A DNA stretch of 64,000 bases from Acholeplasmataceae bacterium (GTDB lineage Bacteria; Bacillota_I; Bacilli_A; Acholeplasmatales; Acholeplasmataceae): contig JBAZCQ010000002.1 of assembly GCA_041654835.1 (NCBI GenBank), positions 74,476-138,475 on the forward strand, written 5' to 3'. Of this stretch, positions 1 through 11,201 are shown in pieces. Under the pieces are notes generated by a model that saw only the letters and a list, made by a program, of their open reading frames with translations, did not search any database and was not told the origin of the DNA. How positions within the stretch are numbered: position 1 is the first letter of the stretch; the number at the start of each line of letters is the position of its first letter. Position numbers and translations under genes: made by a program.

Positions 1-2330
1 TGTTGGAGACGATAGATGATTTTTTCCATGATTTCATCAACAGTCTCTGTTTCTAACGTTTTCTTTGCATCGTTAAAAAGCAAGTGGAAAGCAATTGATT
101 TTTTTCCTGCCTCAATGTTATTGCCTTGATAAACATCAAAGACTTCAACGTTTTGTAATAATTTTCGCCCACTTTCTTTAATGATTTTTATTAAATCATT
201 GGCTGTGACTGTCTCAGCTACAACCAGAGCTAAATCTCTTTCAATATTGGGATATTTAGAAACAGGTTGATAGTTAAATGATATTTGCTCATTTAAAAAT
301 GGTTCTAATTTTAGTTCTAAAACATATGTTTCGGCTAGATTTAATTCTTTTTGAATTGTTGGATGAAGCTGTCCCATAAAGCCTACGACCTCATCTTGCC
401 ACTTAATATGGGCTTGACGATATGGATGTAGGTTGGAATAGTTTTCACATGTCTCAAGGACAAAGGTTACGTTAAACATCTTAAATGTATTTTCAAAAAG
501 TCCTTTTAATGTATAAAAATCAGTTTTTATTACTTGTTTTTGCCATGGTTGATAATGCCAATCACCACTCATTAATAATGCTAATTTGTTAAATTCTTGA
601 TCTTTAGCATAGACATGACCTATTTCAAATAGATGCATATTTTTTGTTTGGCGGTTACGATTATATTCTGCTGTTTTAAGAAGACCAGGAATTAAACTTT
701 GACGTAAATATTTTTTATCTTCTGACATTGGCGCAACCACTTGAATCGGCTCACCGATATTTTCATATGCATGAATGGTATCAAGTGCATTTAATGAGTA
801 AGAAATCACTTCGTTTAACCCACTTGCAGCTAAACGGTGTCTTAACATTCTCAAACGTTTTTGTTTAAACGTTAATAATCCTGTGTGGGTGCTTTTATGT
901 TTAGTCATAGGAATTTCATTCAAACCATAAATCCGTGAGATTTCTTCTAAAAGATCGGCCGGGATTTTTAAATCTAAACGATCAGATGGTGGTTGAATGA
1001 TATATTCATTTTCAGTTTCTTCAACTTGATAACGATAACGGTCAAAATAGGTTTTTAACGTTTCTTCAGTCATGTTAATTCCTAAATGTTCATTAAAGTA
1101 TGTTTTTGAAACAGTAATTGAAGGGCGTAACTGACGGCGATGAAGATGTTCTGCAACTCCTGAAGACACCTTCGCATCTGCAAGTTCAATAAGGAGTTTT
1201 GTTGCATACTCTAAACCTTGATAAACACGTTCCTCATCAACACCACGTTCAAAACGAAGTGAAGTATCACTTCTTAAATTTAACCGTTTTGATGTTTGTT
1301 GAATTGCTTTTGGTTCAAATAAAGCTGCTTCTAAAACAACACTCGTCGTCTTATCAGTAATCATTGTGTTTTCTAAGCCCATAACGCCCGCTAAAGCGAT
1401 GGGTTTTTCTTGATCGGTAATTAAAAGGTCATCAGCTGTTAATTTTCTTTCAATCCCGTCTAAGGTTACGACAACTTCATCAGCTTGTGCATTTCTAATG
1501 ACAATCTCGTTCGTCTCTAGCTTAGCTGCATCAAACATGTGTAAAGGAGTTCCATATTCAAGAAGGACTAAATTGGAAATATCGACAACATTATTAATTG
1601 ATTTCATATCATAAGCCATCAGTGTATTTCGCAACCACATGGGTGATGGTTTAATTGTTACATCGGTAAAATAACGTGCATAGTAACGAAGACAGCCATC
1701 TGTTTCTATCGTTACTTTATAAGGATTTAATGTCTTTGTTTCTTTAATTTGATGTTGGGGCAACTTAATTGTCTGATTACTAAAGGCTGCTAAATCATAG
1801 GCAAAGCCTAAAACTGAAAGTAAATCGGAACGATTAGGTGTCAGTCCCAGTGTCATTTTCCAGCCATCTAAATGAAGAGCTTCAAGCGCATCTGAACCTA
1901 ACGTTTTCTCTTCATCAAAATAGTAAATGCCACCTTTATACTGTTCTGGAATTAAATCGAGTGGAATCCCTAACTCTTCCAGTGAACAAATCATCCCATT
2001 TGATTCTTGACCCCGAATTTTCGTCTTCTTAATTTTAAAATTACCTGGTAACACTGAACCAACTGGCGCAACAATAACGGTTTGACCCGCCTCAACATTA
2101 TTGGCGCCACAAACGATATGTTCGACTTGGCCTCCAATATCAACAGTTGTTACTTTAAGACGATCTGCATCAGGATGAGGGTTACAAGTTAATACTTTTC
2201 CAATAATCAGACCTGTCGCTTCAACTAAAGGTGAAAAAGCTTCGACTTCAATGATTTTCTGATTGGTTAGTTCCGCAATCTGATCGGGTATTTTCATCCA
2301 TTTTTGTAAACTGTTTTTTGTAATAATCAT
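1..2330 (-). CDS. pheT: Phenylalanine--tRNA ligase beta subunit (3' end runs off the window)
   Basis: Minus-strand frame is open from ATG at 2330 to position 1. It is absent from the ORF track because it is truncated. My translation begins [57 protein letters not shown], the tRNA-binding N-domain typical of PheRS beta. The start overlaps the pheS stop (ATGA). Confidence 0.93.
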   Translation of the reverse strand, partial: MIITKNSLQKWMKIPDQIAELTNQKIIEVEAFSPLVEATGLIIGKVLTCNPHPDADRLKVTTVDIGGQVEHIVCGANNVEAGQTVIVAPVGSVLPGNFKIKKTKIRGQESNGMICSLEELGIPLDLIPEQYKGGIYYFDEEKTLGSDALEALHLDGWKMTLGLTPNRSDLLSVLGFAYDLAAFSNQTIKLPQHQIKETKTLNPYKVTIETDGCLRYYARYFTDVTIKPSPMWLRNTLMAYDMKSINNVVDISNLVLLEYGTPLHMFDAAKLETNEIVIRNAQADEVVVTLDGIERKLTADDLLITDQEKPIALAGVMGLENTMITDKTTSVVLEAALFEPKAIQQTSKRLNLRSDTSLRFERGVDEERVYQGLEYATKLLIELADAKVSSGVAEHLHRRQLRPSITVSKTYFNEHLGINMTEETLKTYFDRYRYQVEETENEYIIQPPSDRLDLKIPADLLEEISRIYGLNEIPMTKHKSTHTGLLTFKQKRLRMLRHRLAASGLNEVISYSLNALDTIHAYENIGEPIQVVAPMSEDKKYLRQSLIPGLLKTAEYNRNRQTKNMHLFEIGHVYAKDQEFNKLALLMSGDWHYQPWQKQVIKTDFYTLKGLFENTFKMFNVTFVLETCENYSNLHPYRQAHIKWQDEVVGFMGQLHPTIQKELNLAETYVLELKLEPFLNEQISFNYQPVSKYPNIERDLALVVAETVTANDLIKIIKESGRKLLQNVEVFDVYQGNNIEAGKKSIAFHLLFNDAKKTLETETVDEIMEKIIYRLQ

Positions 2331-3346
2331 GATGATACCCCCTCTTTAAATTGGCGTAAAAAGCGAATGTCGTTTGTATAAAAATGACGAATATCATCAA
2401 TGTGGTATTTCAATAAGGCGATCCGTTCAACACCGACACCAAAAGCAAAACCACGATAAACTTGTGGATCATAGCCGCCCATCCGAAGCACTTCTGGATG
2501 AACCATGCCAGCACCTAAAATTTCAATATATTCAGTCGTTCCATCTTGTTTTTGCATAAGAACGTCCACTTCCATTGACGGTTCTGTAAAGGGGAAATAG
2601 GACGGGCGTAAACGAATCTCTCTTTCAGGTCCAAACAAATGACGTACCATTGTTAAAAGGGTATCTTTTAAATGTGCCAATGTAATGTCTCTATCGATAA
2701 CCAATCCTTCAATTTGCATAAATTGATGTGAATGTGACGGGTCATCGTCATCTTTTCGATAGACCTTACCAGGGCAAATAATTTTTAATGGCTCCCCTTT
2801 CATTTTCAGCATGGCTCGTGCTTGAACCGGTGATGTTTGTGTTCTTAATAACGTTTTATCATCGATATAAAACGAATCTTGCATGTCACGTGCAGGATGG
2901 TCTTTAGCAATGTTCATCATTTCAAAATTAAATAAGTCAAGTTCAACTTCAGGTCCTTCTTCAACGGTATAACCCATTCCTAAAAATAAGTCTTCAACTT
3001 CTTCGATGACTTGATTTAACGGATGAATCGATCCTTGATAAAGGTGGAGTCCTGGGAGCGTCACATCGAGTTGTTCTTTTTGTAGGGTTGCAATAAGGAT
3101 GGCTTCTTCAAGATTTTGTTTTCGTGCCGTCCACGCAGCTTCAATGGCAACTTTAATGGTGTTGACAGCTTGACCAAAGGCTGGACGCTCTGCTGGATCC
3201 AAATGACGCATTTGCCCCATTACTTCAGTTAAACGGCCCTTTTTCCCAAAATAGCCCACACGGACAGCCTCTAAGGCTCCTATCGTTGTTGCTTGTTCAA
3301 TTTCAAAAAGAGCTTCGGTTTTAATTTGCTTCAATAACTCTTTCAT
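2327..3346 (-). CDS. pheS: Phenylalanine--tRNA ligase alpha subunit
   Basis: 339 aa. Class II motifs FPFTEPS and [12 protein letters not shown] are present. A T-box leader lies upstream and pheT immediately downstream. Confidence 0.97.
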   Translation of the reverse strand: MKELLKQIKTEALFEIEQATTIGALEAVRVGYFGKKGRLTEVMGQMRHLDPAERPAFGQAVNTIKVAIEAAWTARKQNLEEAILIATLQKEQLDVTLPGLHLYQGSIHPLNQVIEEVEDLFLGMGYTVEEGPEVELDLFNFEMMNIAKDHPARDMQDSFYIDDKTLLRTQTSPVQARAMLKMKGEPLKIICPGKVYRKDDDDPSHSHQFMQIEGLVIDRDITLAHLKDTLLTMVRHLFGPEREIRLRPSYFPFTEPSMEVDVLMQKQDGTTEYIEILGAGMVHPEVLRMGGYDPQVYRGFAFGVGVERIALLKYHIDDIRHFYTNDIRFLRQFKEGVSS

Positions 3347-3361
3347 TTTTCACTTCTCCTT

Positions 3362-3570
3362 TAATTTGCTATAAAAAAATCCCTAGACAAATGTCTAAGG
3401 ACGAAAAATTCCGCGGTACCACCTTAGTTCCAGATACAGATCTGGCCCTCTTTTTCTTTAACGCAGAAAACGGATGGGATTAGCATCTCTCAAGAATGAA
3501 TTCAAAATCGACCACTTGCATCGTTCACACTAGCCGATGCTCACTGAAAAAGCTTTACAATTTTTACTAT
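3362..3570 (-). promoter_or_regulatory. T-box riboswitch leader of pheST (putative Phe UUC specifier)
   Basis: The minus strand reads AACTAAGGTGGTACCGCGG (complement of 3411-3429), the conserved T-box sequence. It is preceded by a stem III hairpin CCAGATctgtATCTGG (3430-3445). It is followed by a terminator CCTTAGA...TCTAGGG plus a U-run (3372-3400). GAA-UUC-A on the 3' side of the presumed Stem I places the codon at 3498-3500. Confidence 0.85.
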
Positions 3571-3591
3571 TTTCTCTCACTGATTTTTAAT

Positions 3592-4350
3592 TTAATTTCT
3601 TCTTGATGCAATAATTAATAAAAATCTTAGTAATTCAACGTAAATCCAAACAATTGTTACCATTAAACCTAAAGCAACAACCCACTCATACATTTTATCA
3701 GCGCCACTTTCAACAATCGTTTCTGCACGATCAAAATCCAGTGTTAACATCAGAGCTCCAAAAATAATTAACGCACCAGAAACGATAAGTGCGAGCCCTG
3801 TATTTTGACTGACTAAGGCAACAACGCCAGGGGCGATGAAATATAGGAGACCAAAAACAACAGATAAAATTAAGATGGAAAAGAGTGCACCATACATAAT
3901 TTTACGGAATCTGTGGGTCACACGAATGGCTCGACTTGAATATAAGAAAAGCATAACAACGAAAATTGTTGCGGTTGCGATAATCGCAGTAATCGCAATT
4001 CCTGGAACAATGATTTCAAGAATGAGTGTTAAAAAGCCTAAAGCAACCCCTTCTGATACTGCATAAAGAATCGAAAAGGGCATCGCCAATCTTGGAACAA
4101 ATGAGGCGACTAACACAGAAATAAAAGCAACAGCCATTGATCCAAATAACAAACCACTTAAACTGGACACATCCATAGAACCGGTAGATGACTGCCGGTA
4201 TAAACTTGAAATTAAGAAAACGCCAGATAAAACGGCAAGTCCTAAAAGCAACATTGTTTTTAAACTAATGCCACGATAACTCGCTGTATTCGCACCAACA
4301 TACGCTTCTTCTCTTTGAATTTTACTAAAAACAGGGTTTGAACTTCTCAT
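3592..4350 (-). CDS. Bax inhibitor-1/YccA family membrane protein
   Basis: Polytopic membrane protein starting MRSSNPVFSK, an N-terminus I associate with the BI-1/YccA family. AAGGAG lies 8 nt upstream of the ATG at 4350. The track start at 4359 is a GTG inside that spacer. Confidence 0.7.
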   Translation of the reverse strand: MRSSNPVFSKIQREEAYVGANTASYRGISLKTMLLLGLAVLSGVFLISSLYRQSSTGSMDVSSLSGLLFGSMAVAFISVLVASFVPRLAMPFSILYAVSEGVALGFLTLILEIIVPGIAITAIIATATIFVVMLFLYSSRAIRVTHRFRKIMYGALFSILILSVVFGLLYFIAPGVVALVSQNTGLALIVSGALIIFGALMLTLDFDRAETIVESGADKMYEWVVALGLMVTIVWIYVELLRFLLIIASRRN

Positions 4351-4405
4351 GAAAATCACTCCTTTGCTGTATTAAATCACTGCTTACATTATAACTTGTT
4401 CACTT

Positions 4406-7400
4406 TTAAAGTGCAAACAAACCTGACTCAATCACATGATTTTCCGAATTTAAATCCTTGAAGGCACCATAACTCTCCATTTTTTCAAAAACAGTCTTAT
4501 TAATCCTTGTTCGGTCACGAACATCATCTAACGAAGTAAAGGCACGCTCATTTCGTTTAACAACGATATCTTCGGCTACTTGATCACCAAGGCCATCAAT
4601 CGCTGTAAAAGGCATTCTTAACCCATTTTCTTCCATAATAAATTCTTTCGCATCTGATTTCATAATGTCAACAGGTAAAAATTTAAAGCCACGTCGCGTC
4701 ATTTCTAAAGCAACCGATAAGGTTACATTCAGTGCTTCGTCTTTTGCTTTTAGTAAGTAATTTGGAATTTTTTGAATTTCTTGAAGGCGGTTACGGATGG
4801 CATTTGAACCAATCATCATCGTCTCATATTCAAATTGAGTGGCCCGCTTTGTAAAGAAGGCACTATAAAATAAAAGGGGATGATAAATCTTAAACCAAGC
4901 TATACGCATGGCCATAATGACGTATGCCGTCGCGTGTGCTTTTGGAAACATATATTTGATTCTACTTGCGGACCAAATATACCAATCAGGAATCCGGTGT
5001 TTACGCATTTCTTGTTCGTAAGTTAACCATTTGGCTTTTTCTTTAGAAGGTTTTCCTCTTCTGACAAACTCCATAATTTCAAAAGCCTTTAGGGGTAACA
5101 TACCAAAGTCAGTTAATTGAACCATTATGTCATCACGGCACCCAATGATATCTTTAAAGGGGATTTTGCCGTATTCGGTTTGACCATTAATGAGTGCTTG
5201 TGCATTTTTTAACCATACATCGGTTCCGTGTGATAATCCCGAAATTTTTACTAACCCAGCAAATGTCGTTGGTTTTGTGTCCACAAGCATTTGTCTTGTA
5301 AATGAGGTACCAAATTCTGGAATGCCATAAGACGCAACTTCACTTAAAATTTCATGAGGTTCAAGACCAATCACTTTTGTCCCTGAAAAAAGTTGATATA
5401 CTTTTGGGTCGTCAAGAGGAATATCTTGGGCTTTATTAAAGGGGAATTGATCAGGATGTAAATAAACGTGGTCCATTAAATATTTAATCATCGTCGGATC
5501 ATCATGACCGAGTAAATCTAATTTTAATAAGTTATCTTCAAAAGAATGGTAATCGAAATGGGTCGTCTTCCACTCACTGTTGACATCATCTGCAGGATAT
5601 TGAATCGGGGTGACATCAAAAATGGATTTCGATTTTGGAACGACAACAATCCCACCGGGATGTTGGCCCGTTGATCGTTTTACGCCTTCAATTTTTTTCG
5701 CTAATCTTTCGATTTGTGCTGGCCGTTTTTCAAGTTGCTTATCTTCTAAATAGCCTTTGACATAACCAAAAGCATTTCGTTCCGCAACCGTCTGGATCGT
5801 TCCAGCCCTAAAGGTGTGATCGATGCCAATCAGTTCCCGCACATAATCGTGGGCTTTTGTTTGATAATCCCCAGAGAAGTTTAAATCGATATCTGGCACT
5901 TTTTCTCCTTCAAAACCTAAGAAAGTTTCAAATGGAATATCATGGCCATCTTTAATTAAAACCGCTTGACAAAAAGGACATTTTTGGTCGGGTAAATCAT
6001 AACCTGATTGAACGGCTTCAAAATAAGGTTGGAAAGCTTTTTCTTCTTGTGAAAGACCATATTTTAACTTTTCTTCGTCCGTTAATGAGAACACAGTGAA
6101 GTCTCCGTTAGGACAACGATAGTGTGGCTTTAATGGATTTACTTCTGTTACATTAAGAAGGGTTGCGACAATCGATGAGCCAACAGAACCGCGCGAACCA
6201 ACTAAATAACCTTCTTCTAATGATTTTTTCACTAAAAGATGTGAGATATAATAGTTTGCAGCAAACCCATTACCAATAATACTATTGAGCTCCTTTTGAA
6301 GTCTTTCTGTAACAAGCGGGTGGGGGTTATTTCCATAAAGAATTTCAAGTTGATCATAAACGAGACGTTTGACTTCACCTGAAATAGATTCAATCCCTAA
6401 TTGATCCACAAAGGCATCGTCTGGTAAAGCATATAGATGTTCAGAGAAAGCTTGAACATATTCGATTTGGTTATTTAAAAGTCGTGTATTTTTCACAACA
6501 ATTTCTTCAGCTAGTTCTGGATCTAAAAAGGAAAACGCTTGAAGCATTTCTTCTGTTGTTAAAAAATACTGTTCTGGCATCGTATCATATTTATGTAGTT
6601 GATGAATCCCACCACCAACAAGGGGGGTACGAATATAGATTTCTCGGTATAAAACATCATTTTTATCTAAATAATGGACATCACCGGTTGCGATAACTAT
6701 TTTCTTTTGTGCTTTTGCTAAATGAATAATTTTTGTTAGTGTCGCTTCAATAATTTCTTCAGCGAATTGGCCGATGTCTGTTTTTAAATGTTCGTATGCT
6801 TTTGGCGGTTGAACCTCAATGTAATCATAAAAAGCAATCGCTTCTTTCAAAGTTTCTTCATCTTGGTTTAAAGCAATCTCAAAAACATTCCCATTGGCAC
6901 AACCACTACCAACGAGCAATCCTTTACGATATTTTTCTAAAACTGTCTTTAATGTTCTTGGTCCATTATAAAAATGGTCGGTTAAAGCATCGCTGACGAT
7001 ACGAAATAAATTTTTGTATCCCGCTTGGTTTTGCACTAAAACATTAAGATGATAAGGCATTTGATGTTTCCATGCCTCTTTAACATCGATCGCTTGATGA
7101 AGTTCTAAATATGTGCGAATTTCTTCTTTCGCGAAGTCTTGCATCATGCTCAACCAAATTTGTGCAGTCACAGCAGCATCGTCATCAGCACGGTGATGTT
7201 GAGTTTGTTTCACTTTAAAGTGTTTTGCTACTGCTTTCAAATTAAACCGTTTTAACTTTTGTGAGTAGAAATAGCGAGCAATATTTAAAGTATCGACAAC
7301 ATATTCATGAGGAAAATCGATGTTTAATTTCCGCGCATTTTCTGCAATATGGCCAATATCGAATAAAGCATTATGGGCAACCAAAATACTCCCCTCTGCA

Positions 7401-8863
7401 AAAGCTAAAAATTCTGGTAATACTTGATCAATTGTTGGAGCATCTTTTAACATTTCATCAGTGATGCTCGTTAATTCTGTCGTAAATGTAGACAAAGATT
7501 CTTGAGGATTGACAAAGCGTTGAAAATGCTCAATAATACCTGATTGCTTTAATTTAACGGCACCAATTTCAATAATTTGATCACGAGCAGACGATAAACC
7601 TGTCGTTTCAATATCAAAAACAACGAAAGTCGCATCTTTAAAAGCGATGTCCTCTAAGGCAGGACTAACTACTTGAAAAGCTTCTTCATCAACAAAATCC
7701 AACTCCACACCATAAATGGGTTTAATCTTCTTGTTTTTCGTCGCTTGATGAATTTCTGGAAAGGCATATAAGCCATTGTGATCGGTAAAAGCGATTGCTT
7801 CATGACCCCATTTAATTGCTCTTTCAATATAACTGGAGGCATCGGTAACGCCATCCATATTACTCATTTTAGTATGGACATGAAACTCAACTCGTTTTTC
7901 TTTTGCTCGATCCATCCGCTCTTGTCGTTTCGGTTTTTCAACAAAATGGATGGCTCTAGCGAAAATTACAACATCTTTTTGGAACGTGTCAAATTGAGCA
8001 TTTCCTTCGACTTGAACTTGGTCGTCGTCCTTTAAGGCTTCGGCAATTTCAATATCTTTTGGAAATCTTAAAAAGTTTTTTACTGTAATTGCATCATCGT
8101 CATCATAAAGAACAAATGATAAAAGTCTGGTGTTTGTTAATTCACGAATTTCCAGTTTAGTAATTGTTCCTTCGATTAAAAAAGTAGTATCGCCTTTTTC
8201 ATTTTTATATTGATCTAACCGATATTGGTCCATCGGAACTTCTTTGATTTCAACTGCCTGGGGGCTGCTTTTACGAGAAAAGCTCTTTCTAACCGTTGGT
8301 TGATTTGCTTGACGAGCATATTCGCTTTTTTGTTCTAAAACTTTTTCTTGTGCTTGAATCGACTTAGATATCAATTTACTTGTTGGTTCTAACGTCTCAT
8401 CAATTCGAACCTGAATAGGAAAACGAATCCCTAATGGTTTTAATAGATTCGCTATTGCTTTAAAGTACGGTTGAATAAACTTGCTATCACGATCAACGAT
8501 AACAAAAACCGTTTCATCTTCATAAACGGTTTTAAAGTTTTTTAAAACTAAAAAGCGTGCTTTTTCTTTAGCAAGTTCAATGGCAGCTAAATCATAATAC
8601 GCACAGGCAAATTGAGAAAGATTAGTTTCATTTTCATATGTAATTTGAACATCCACTTTTTGAACAACTTTTGGAACAGTAAAATAACTTTTAAGTTGAT
8701 CAACGAAAGGAATCAGAACCGCAGGATCTAAAATTTCTTTAAGGCGTAAATGAAAAATCCATTTTTTCGCTTTCTCTTCAACGACTACATAAAGTAACTC
8801 AGCATCGTTTAATATCGGTGATTTAAAGGTCGATTGTTGTAAAAACAGTTGAAACTTATCCAT
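4406..8863 (-). CDS. polC: DNA polymerase III PolC-type (Gram-positive replicative polymerase)
   Basis: 1485 aa. It has a PHP region (HVHTKMSNMDG), an inserted 3'-5' exonuclease domain (FDIETTGLS, HNALFD, HRADDD) and a C-terminal Pol III alpha core. Confidence 0.98.
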   Translation of the reverse strand: MDKFQLFLQQSTFKSPILNDAELLYVVVEEKAKKWIFHLRLKEILDPAVLIPFVDQLKSYFTVPKVVQKVDVQITYENETNLSQFACAYYDLAAIELAKEKARFLVLKNFKTVYEDETVFVIVDRDSKFIQPYFKAIANLLKPLGIRFPIQVRIDETLEPTSKLISKSIQAQEKVLEQKSEYARQANQPTVRKSFSRKSSPQAVEIKEVPMDQYRLDQYKNEKGDTTFLIEGTITKLEIRELTNTRLLSFVLYDDDDAITVKNFLRFPKDIEIAEALKDDDQVQVEGNAQFDTFQKDVVIFARAIHFVEKPKRQERMDRAKEKRVEFHVHTKMSNMDGVTDASSYIERAIKWGHEAIAFTDHNGLYAFPEIHQATKNKKIKPIYGVELDFVDEEAFQVVSPALEDIAFKDATFVVFDIETTGLSSARDQIIEIGAVKLKQSGIIEHFQRFVNPQESLSTFTTELTSITDEMLKDAPTIDQVLPEFLAFAEGSILVAHNALFDIGHIAENARKLNIDFPHEYVVDTLNIARYFYSQKLKRFNLKAVAKHFKVKQTQHHRADDDAAVTAQIWLSMMQDFAKEEIRTYLELHQAIDVKEAWKHQMPYHLNVLVQNQAGYKNLFRIVSDALTDHFYNGPRTLKTVLEKYRKGLLVGSGCANGNVFEIALNQDEETLKEAIAFYDYIEVQPPKAYEHLKTDIGQFAEEIIEATLTKIIHLAKAQKKIVIATGDVHYLDKNDVLYREIYIRTPLVGGGIHQLHKYDTMPEQYFLTTEEMLQAFSFLDPELAEEIVVKNTRLLNNQIEYVQAFSEHLYALPDDAFVDQLGIESISGEVKRLVYDQLEILYGNNPHPLVTERLQKELNSIIGNGFAANYYISHLLVKKSLEEGYLVGSRGSVGSSIVATLLNVTEVNPLKPHYRCPNGDFTVFSLTDEEKLKYGLSQEEKAFQPYFEAVQSGYDLPDQKCPFCQAVLIKDGHDIPFETFLGFEGEKVPDIDLNFSGDYQTKAHDYVRELIGIDHTFRAGTIQTVAERNAFGYVKGYLEDKQLEKRPAQIERLAKKIEGVKRSTGQHPGGIVVVPKSKSIFDVTPIQYPADDVNSEWKTTHFDYHSFEDNLLKLDLLGHDDPTMIKYLMDHVYLHPDQFPFNKAQDIPLDDPKVYQLFSGTKVIGLEPHEILSEVASYGIPEFGTSFTRQMLVDTKPTTFAGLVKISGLSHGTDVWLKNAQALINGQTEYGKIPFKDIIGCRDDIMVQLTDFGMLPLKAFEIMEFVRRGKPSKEKAKWLTYEQEMRKHRIPDWYIWSASRIKYMFPKAHATAYVIMAMRIAWFKIYHPLLFYSAFFTKRATQFEYETMMIGSNAIRNRLQEIQKIPNYLLKAKDEALNVTLSVALEMTRRGFKFLPVDIMKSDAKEFIMEENGLRMPFTAIDGLGDQVAEDIVVKRNERAFTSLDDVRDRTRINKTVFEKMESYGAFKDLNSENHVIESGLFAL

Positions 8864-9640
8864 TTATTCGCCTCCTCTAGGAACCCGTTTAATAGCTCTA
8901 AAAGCGACAAAGTGATATAACGCTGTAATAAGCACTGCAATTGGGTTTAATGTTTCTAAATTAAATAGTGATAAAAGTAAACGTATAACAACATAAATAC
9001 TTGAAAGATAAAAAGCAAATTTAAACCTTAGGGTAAAATTCATTTGCAGTTGGTAATTAAAGAAATAAAAAGCAATTGTTAACATAAAAGCAACAAAAAC
9101 ATAATCTAATACATTGAGAAAATAGTGACCGAAAATCTCACCAAACAGCAACACTTTTTCTTTTTCATAAACCGTTTTAATCGCAACACTTAATTTGGTA
9201 ATCTCCCCATTATCTAAGGTGTTAAAGTCATAGTTTTCTAAAGCCAACGTTTCATAACGATGTGATGAAACAGGTATATCACGAACATAAACTTTTAATT
9301 CCTTTTCACTAAAGACAAAATTGAAAGCCCATTGATACTCGTTTCTTTCACCTAAATAAATGTTGTAGACACCAAAATCAGTAACTGCAAGTCCTTCTAC
9401 TATTAAAGTTCCATCCACGATTGAAGCGGGTTGTTGAACCCAATCAGATTTTAAAGCAGACTTCAGTTCATCATACGTTGACATGTCCATTTCTGGTTTA
9501 ATTGCGAGTTTAATAAGTGGCGGCACAGAAATAATTAACGTGATTGTAAGTAAATAAGCAATGATCCGAAACCACGAGTCAGTAAGAAAAAAAATCGTTT
9601 GTTGCGGCTTCGATATACTTGTTATAAATTTCTTGAACAT
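8864..9640 (-). CDS. Membrane protein of unknown function (possibly DUF1189-like)
   Basis: 258 aa. It has an N-terminal TM, a soluble middle region and several C-terminal TM helices. Its stop codon abuts the polC start with no intergenic base. The family assignment is only a recollection. Confidence 0.5.
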   Translation of the reverse strand: MFKKFITSISKPQQTIFFLTDSWFRIIAYLLTITLIISVPPLIKLAIKPEMDMSTYDELKSALKSDWVQQPASIVDGTLIVEGLAVTDFGVYNIYLGERNEYQWAFNFVFSEKELKVYVRDIPVSSHRYETLALENYDFNTLDNGEITKLSVAIKTVYEKEKVLLFGEIFGHYFLNVLDYVFVAFMLTIAFYFFNYQLQMNFTLRFKFAFYLSSIYVVIRLLLSLFNLETLNPIAVLITALYHFVAFRAIKRVPRGGE

Positions 9641-9691
9641 TTTGTCAACTCCTTGAATATTATTATATCATAAATCAGTATTTATGATAAA

Positions 9692-10654
9692 ATGAAAGCG
9701 GTGAAAAAGATGAATTTAACGACCGCTGAAAAACATTATGTAACCTTAAATAACTACCACCAACAAACATATCAGAAAAAAGTTTATAAAATTGCTTTAA
9801 ACGGTGGTTTTACTTGCCCTAACATCGATGGAACGGTGGCGACTGGAGGCTGTACTTTTTGTTCTGCTTTAGGAAGTGGTGATTTTGCAGGTAGAAAAAC
9901 AGATGATTTAAAAACGCAGTTTTCTAAAATCAAAGCGATGATGAAAAATAAATGGCCTGATGGCTATTATATTGCTTATTTTCAAGCAAACACCAATACC
10001 CATGCCCCTTTAGAGCGATTAAAACAATTGTTTGAAGAAGCGATTAAGTTAGATTCAAAAATTGTGATGTTATCAATTGCGACAAGGGCGGACGCATTAC
10101 CTGAAGATGTTTTAGATTATTTGGCGTTGTTAAACCAAAGAATTCCTGTTCAAGTCGAACTAGGCCTACAAACAATTCATGAAGAAACAACTGAACTCAT
10201 TAACCGTGCTCACAGTTTAGCATGCTTTGATAAAGCTGTTCACGCCTTGAGAAAACGTGGCATTGAAGTCGTCGTTCATATTATTAACGGCTTACCTGGC
10301 GAAACTAAAACGATGATGGTTAATACCGTAAAACATTTAAATACTTTAGATATCCAAGGGATTAAAATTCATATGCTTCACTTAATGAAAAAAACGAAAA
10401 TGGGTAATCAATATTTAAAAGAACCATGGCCACTCCTTACTTTAGAAGAATATGTTGATATTACTGTTGAACAACTTTTATGGTTGAAAAAAGACATTGT
10501 GATTCATCGTTTAACTGGAGATGCCCCACAAGCAACTTTGATCGCACCAACATGGACAAAGAAAAAATTTGTCGTTACCAATGAAATTGATAAAAAAATG
10601 CGGGCACTTAATTTATATCAAGGAGATTATTATGAAAAAAATGAACATCGTTGA
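9692..10654 (+). CDS. TIGR01212-family radical SAM protein (YtqA-like)
   Basis: 320 aa. The motif CPNIDGTVATGGCTFCS is the atypical radical-SAM cysteine motif of the TIGR01212/YtqA family. A YtqB-like methyltransferase follows. Confidence 0.85.
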   Translation: MKAVKKMNLTTAEKHYVTLNNYHQQTYQKKVYKIALNGGFTCPNIDGTVATGGCTFCSALGSGDFAGRKTDDLKTQFSKIKAMMKNKWPDGYYIAYFQANTNTHAPLERLKQLFEEAIKLDSKIVMLSIATRADALPEDVLDYLALLNQRIPVQVELGLQTIHEETTELINRAHSLACFDKAVHALRKRGIEVVVHIINGLPGETKTMMVNTVKHLNTLDIQGIKIHMLHLMKKTKMGNQYLKEPWPLLTLEEYVDITVEQLLWLKKDIVIHRLTGDAPQATLIAPTWTKKKFVVTNEIDKKMRALNLYQGDYYEKNEHR

Positions 10655-11180
10655 ACTCGGTCATCAGTTTATGAAAGCTGTGATTAAAGAAAATGACATC
10701 GTTTTAGATATGACGATGGGCAATGGATATGACACTGTTTTTTTAGCACAAATAGCGAAAATGGTGTATGCTTTTGATATTCAAGATGAAGCAATCAAAA
10801 TAACCAAAACAAGATGTCAAGATCAGTTTATTACTAATGTTAAACTGATTCATGACACCCATGAAAATGCGCATCTATATGTGCCGCTTTTTCATCATGC
10901 AGTATATAATTTAGGTTATTTACCGAATGGTGATAAAATCATTACAACCATTGCAAAAACAACGATTAAATCGTTAAAACGGGTTCTTAAAGAAATGGAA
11001 AGTATGGGTTATGTTTTTATAACAGTTTATGAAGGACATGAGGAAGGGCTTCAAGAAAGTATAGCCCTTAAAGAATATTTGCATACACTACACCCACAAG
11101 ATTTCCAAGTTTTTCAAGTGACATTGCCTTATCAAGATCAAAATCCACCTTATCTTCTCATTATCCAAAGACTAAAATAA
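10632..11180 (+). CDS. mnmM: Class I SAM-dependent methyltransferase, YtqB/MnmM-like
   Basis: SAM-binding motif DMTMGNGYDTVFLA is present. AAGGAGA lies upstream of the ATG at 10632. The track ORF start at 10569 lies inside the upstream gene. This is the conserved ytqA-ytqB pairing. Confidence 0.7.
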   Translation: MKKMNIVELGHQFMKAVIKENDIVLDMTMGNGYDTVFLAQIAKMVYAFDIQDEAIKITKTRCQDQFITNVKLIHDTHENAHLYVPLFHHAVYNLGYLPNGDKIITTIAKTTIKSLKRVLKEMESMGYVFITVYEGHEEGLQESIALKEYLHTLHPQDFQVFQVTLPYQDQNPPYLLIIQRLK

Positions 11181-11182
11181 AA

Positions 11183-11197
11183 AGTGGCCGAGCCACT
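11183..11197. terminator. Bidirectional intrinsic terminator between the mnmM-like gene and leuS
   Basis: Hairpin AGTGGC-cga-GCCACT is flanked by an A-run on the left and a T-run on the right. Confidence 0.7.
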
Positions 11198-11201
11198 CTT
11201 T

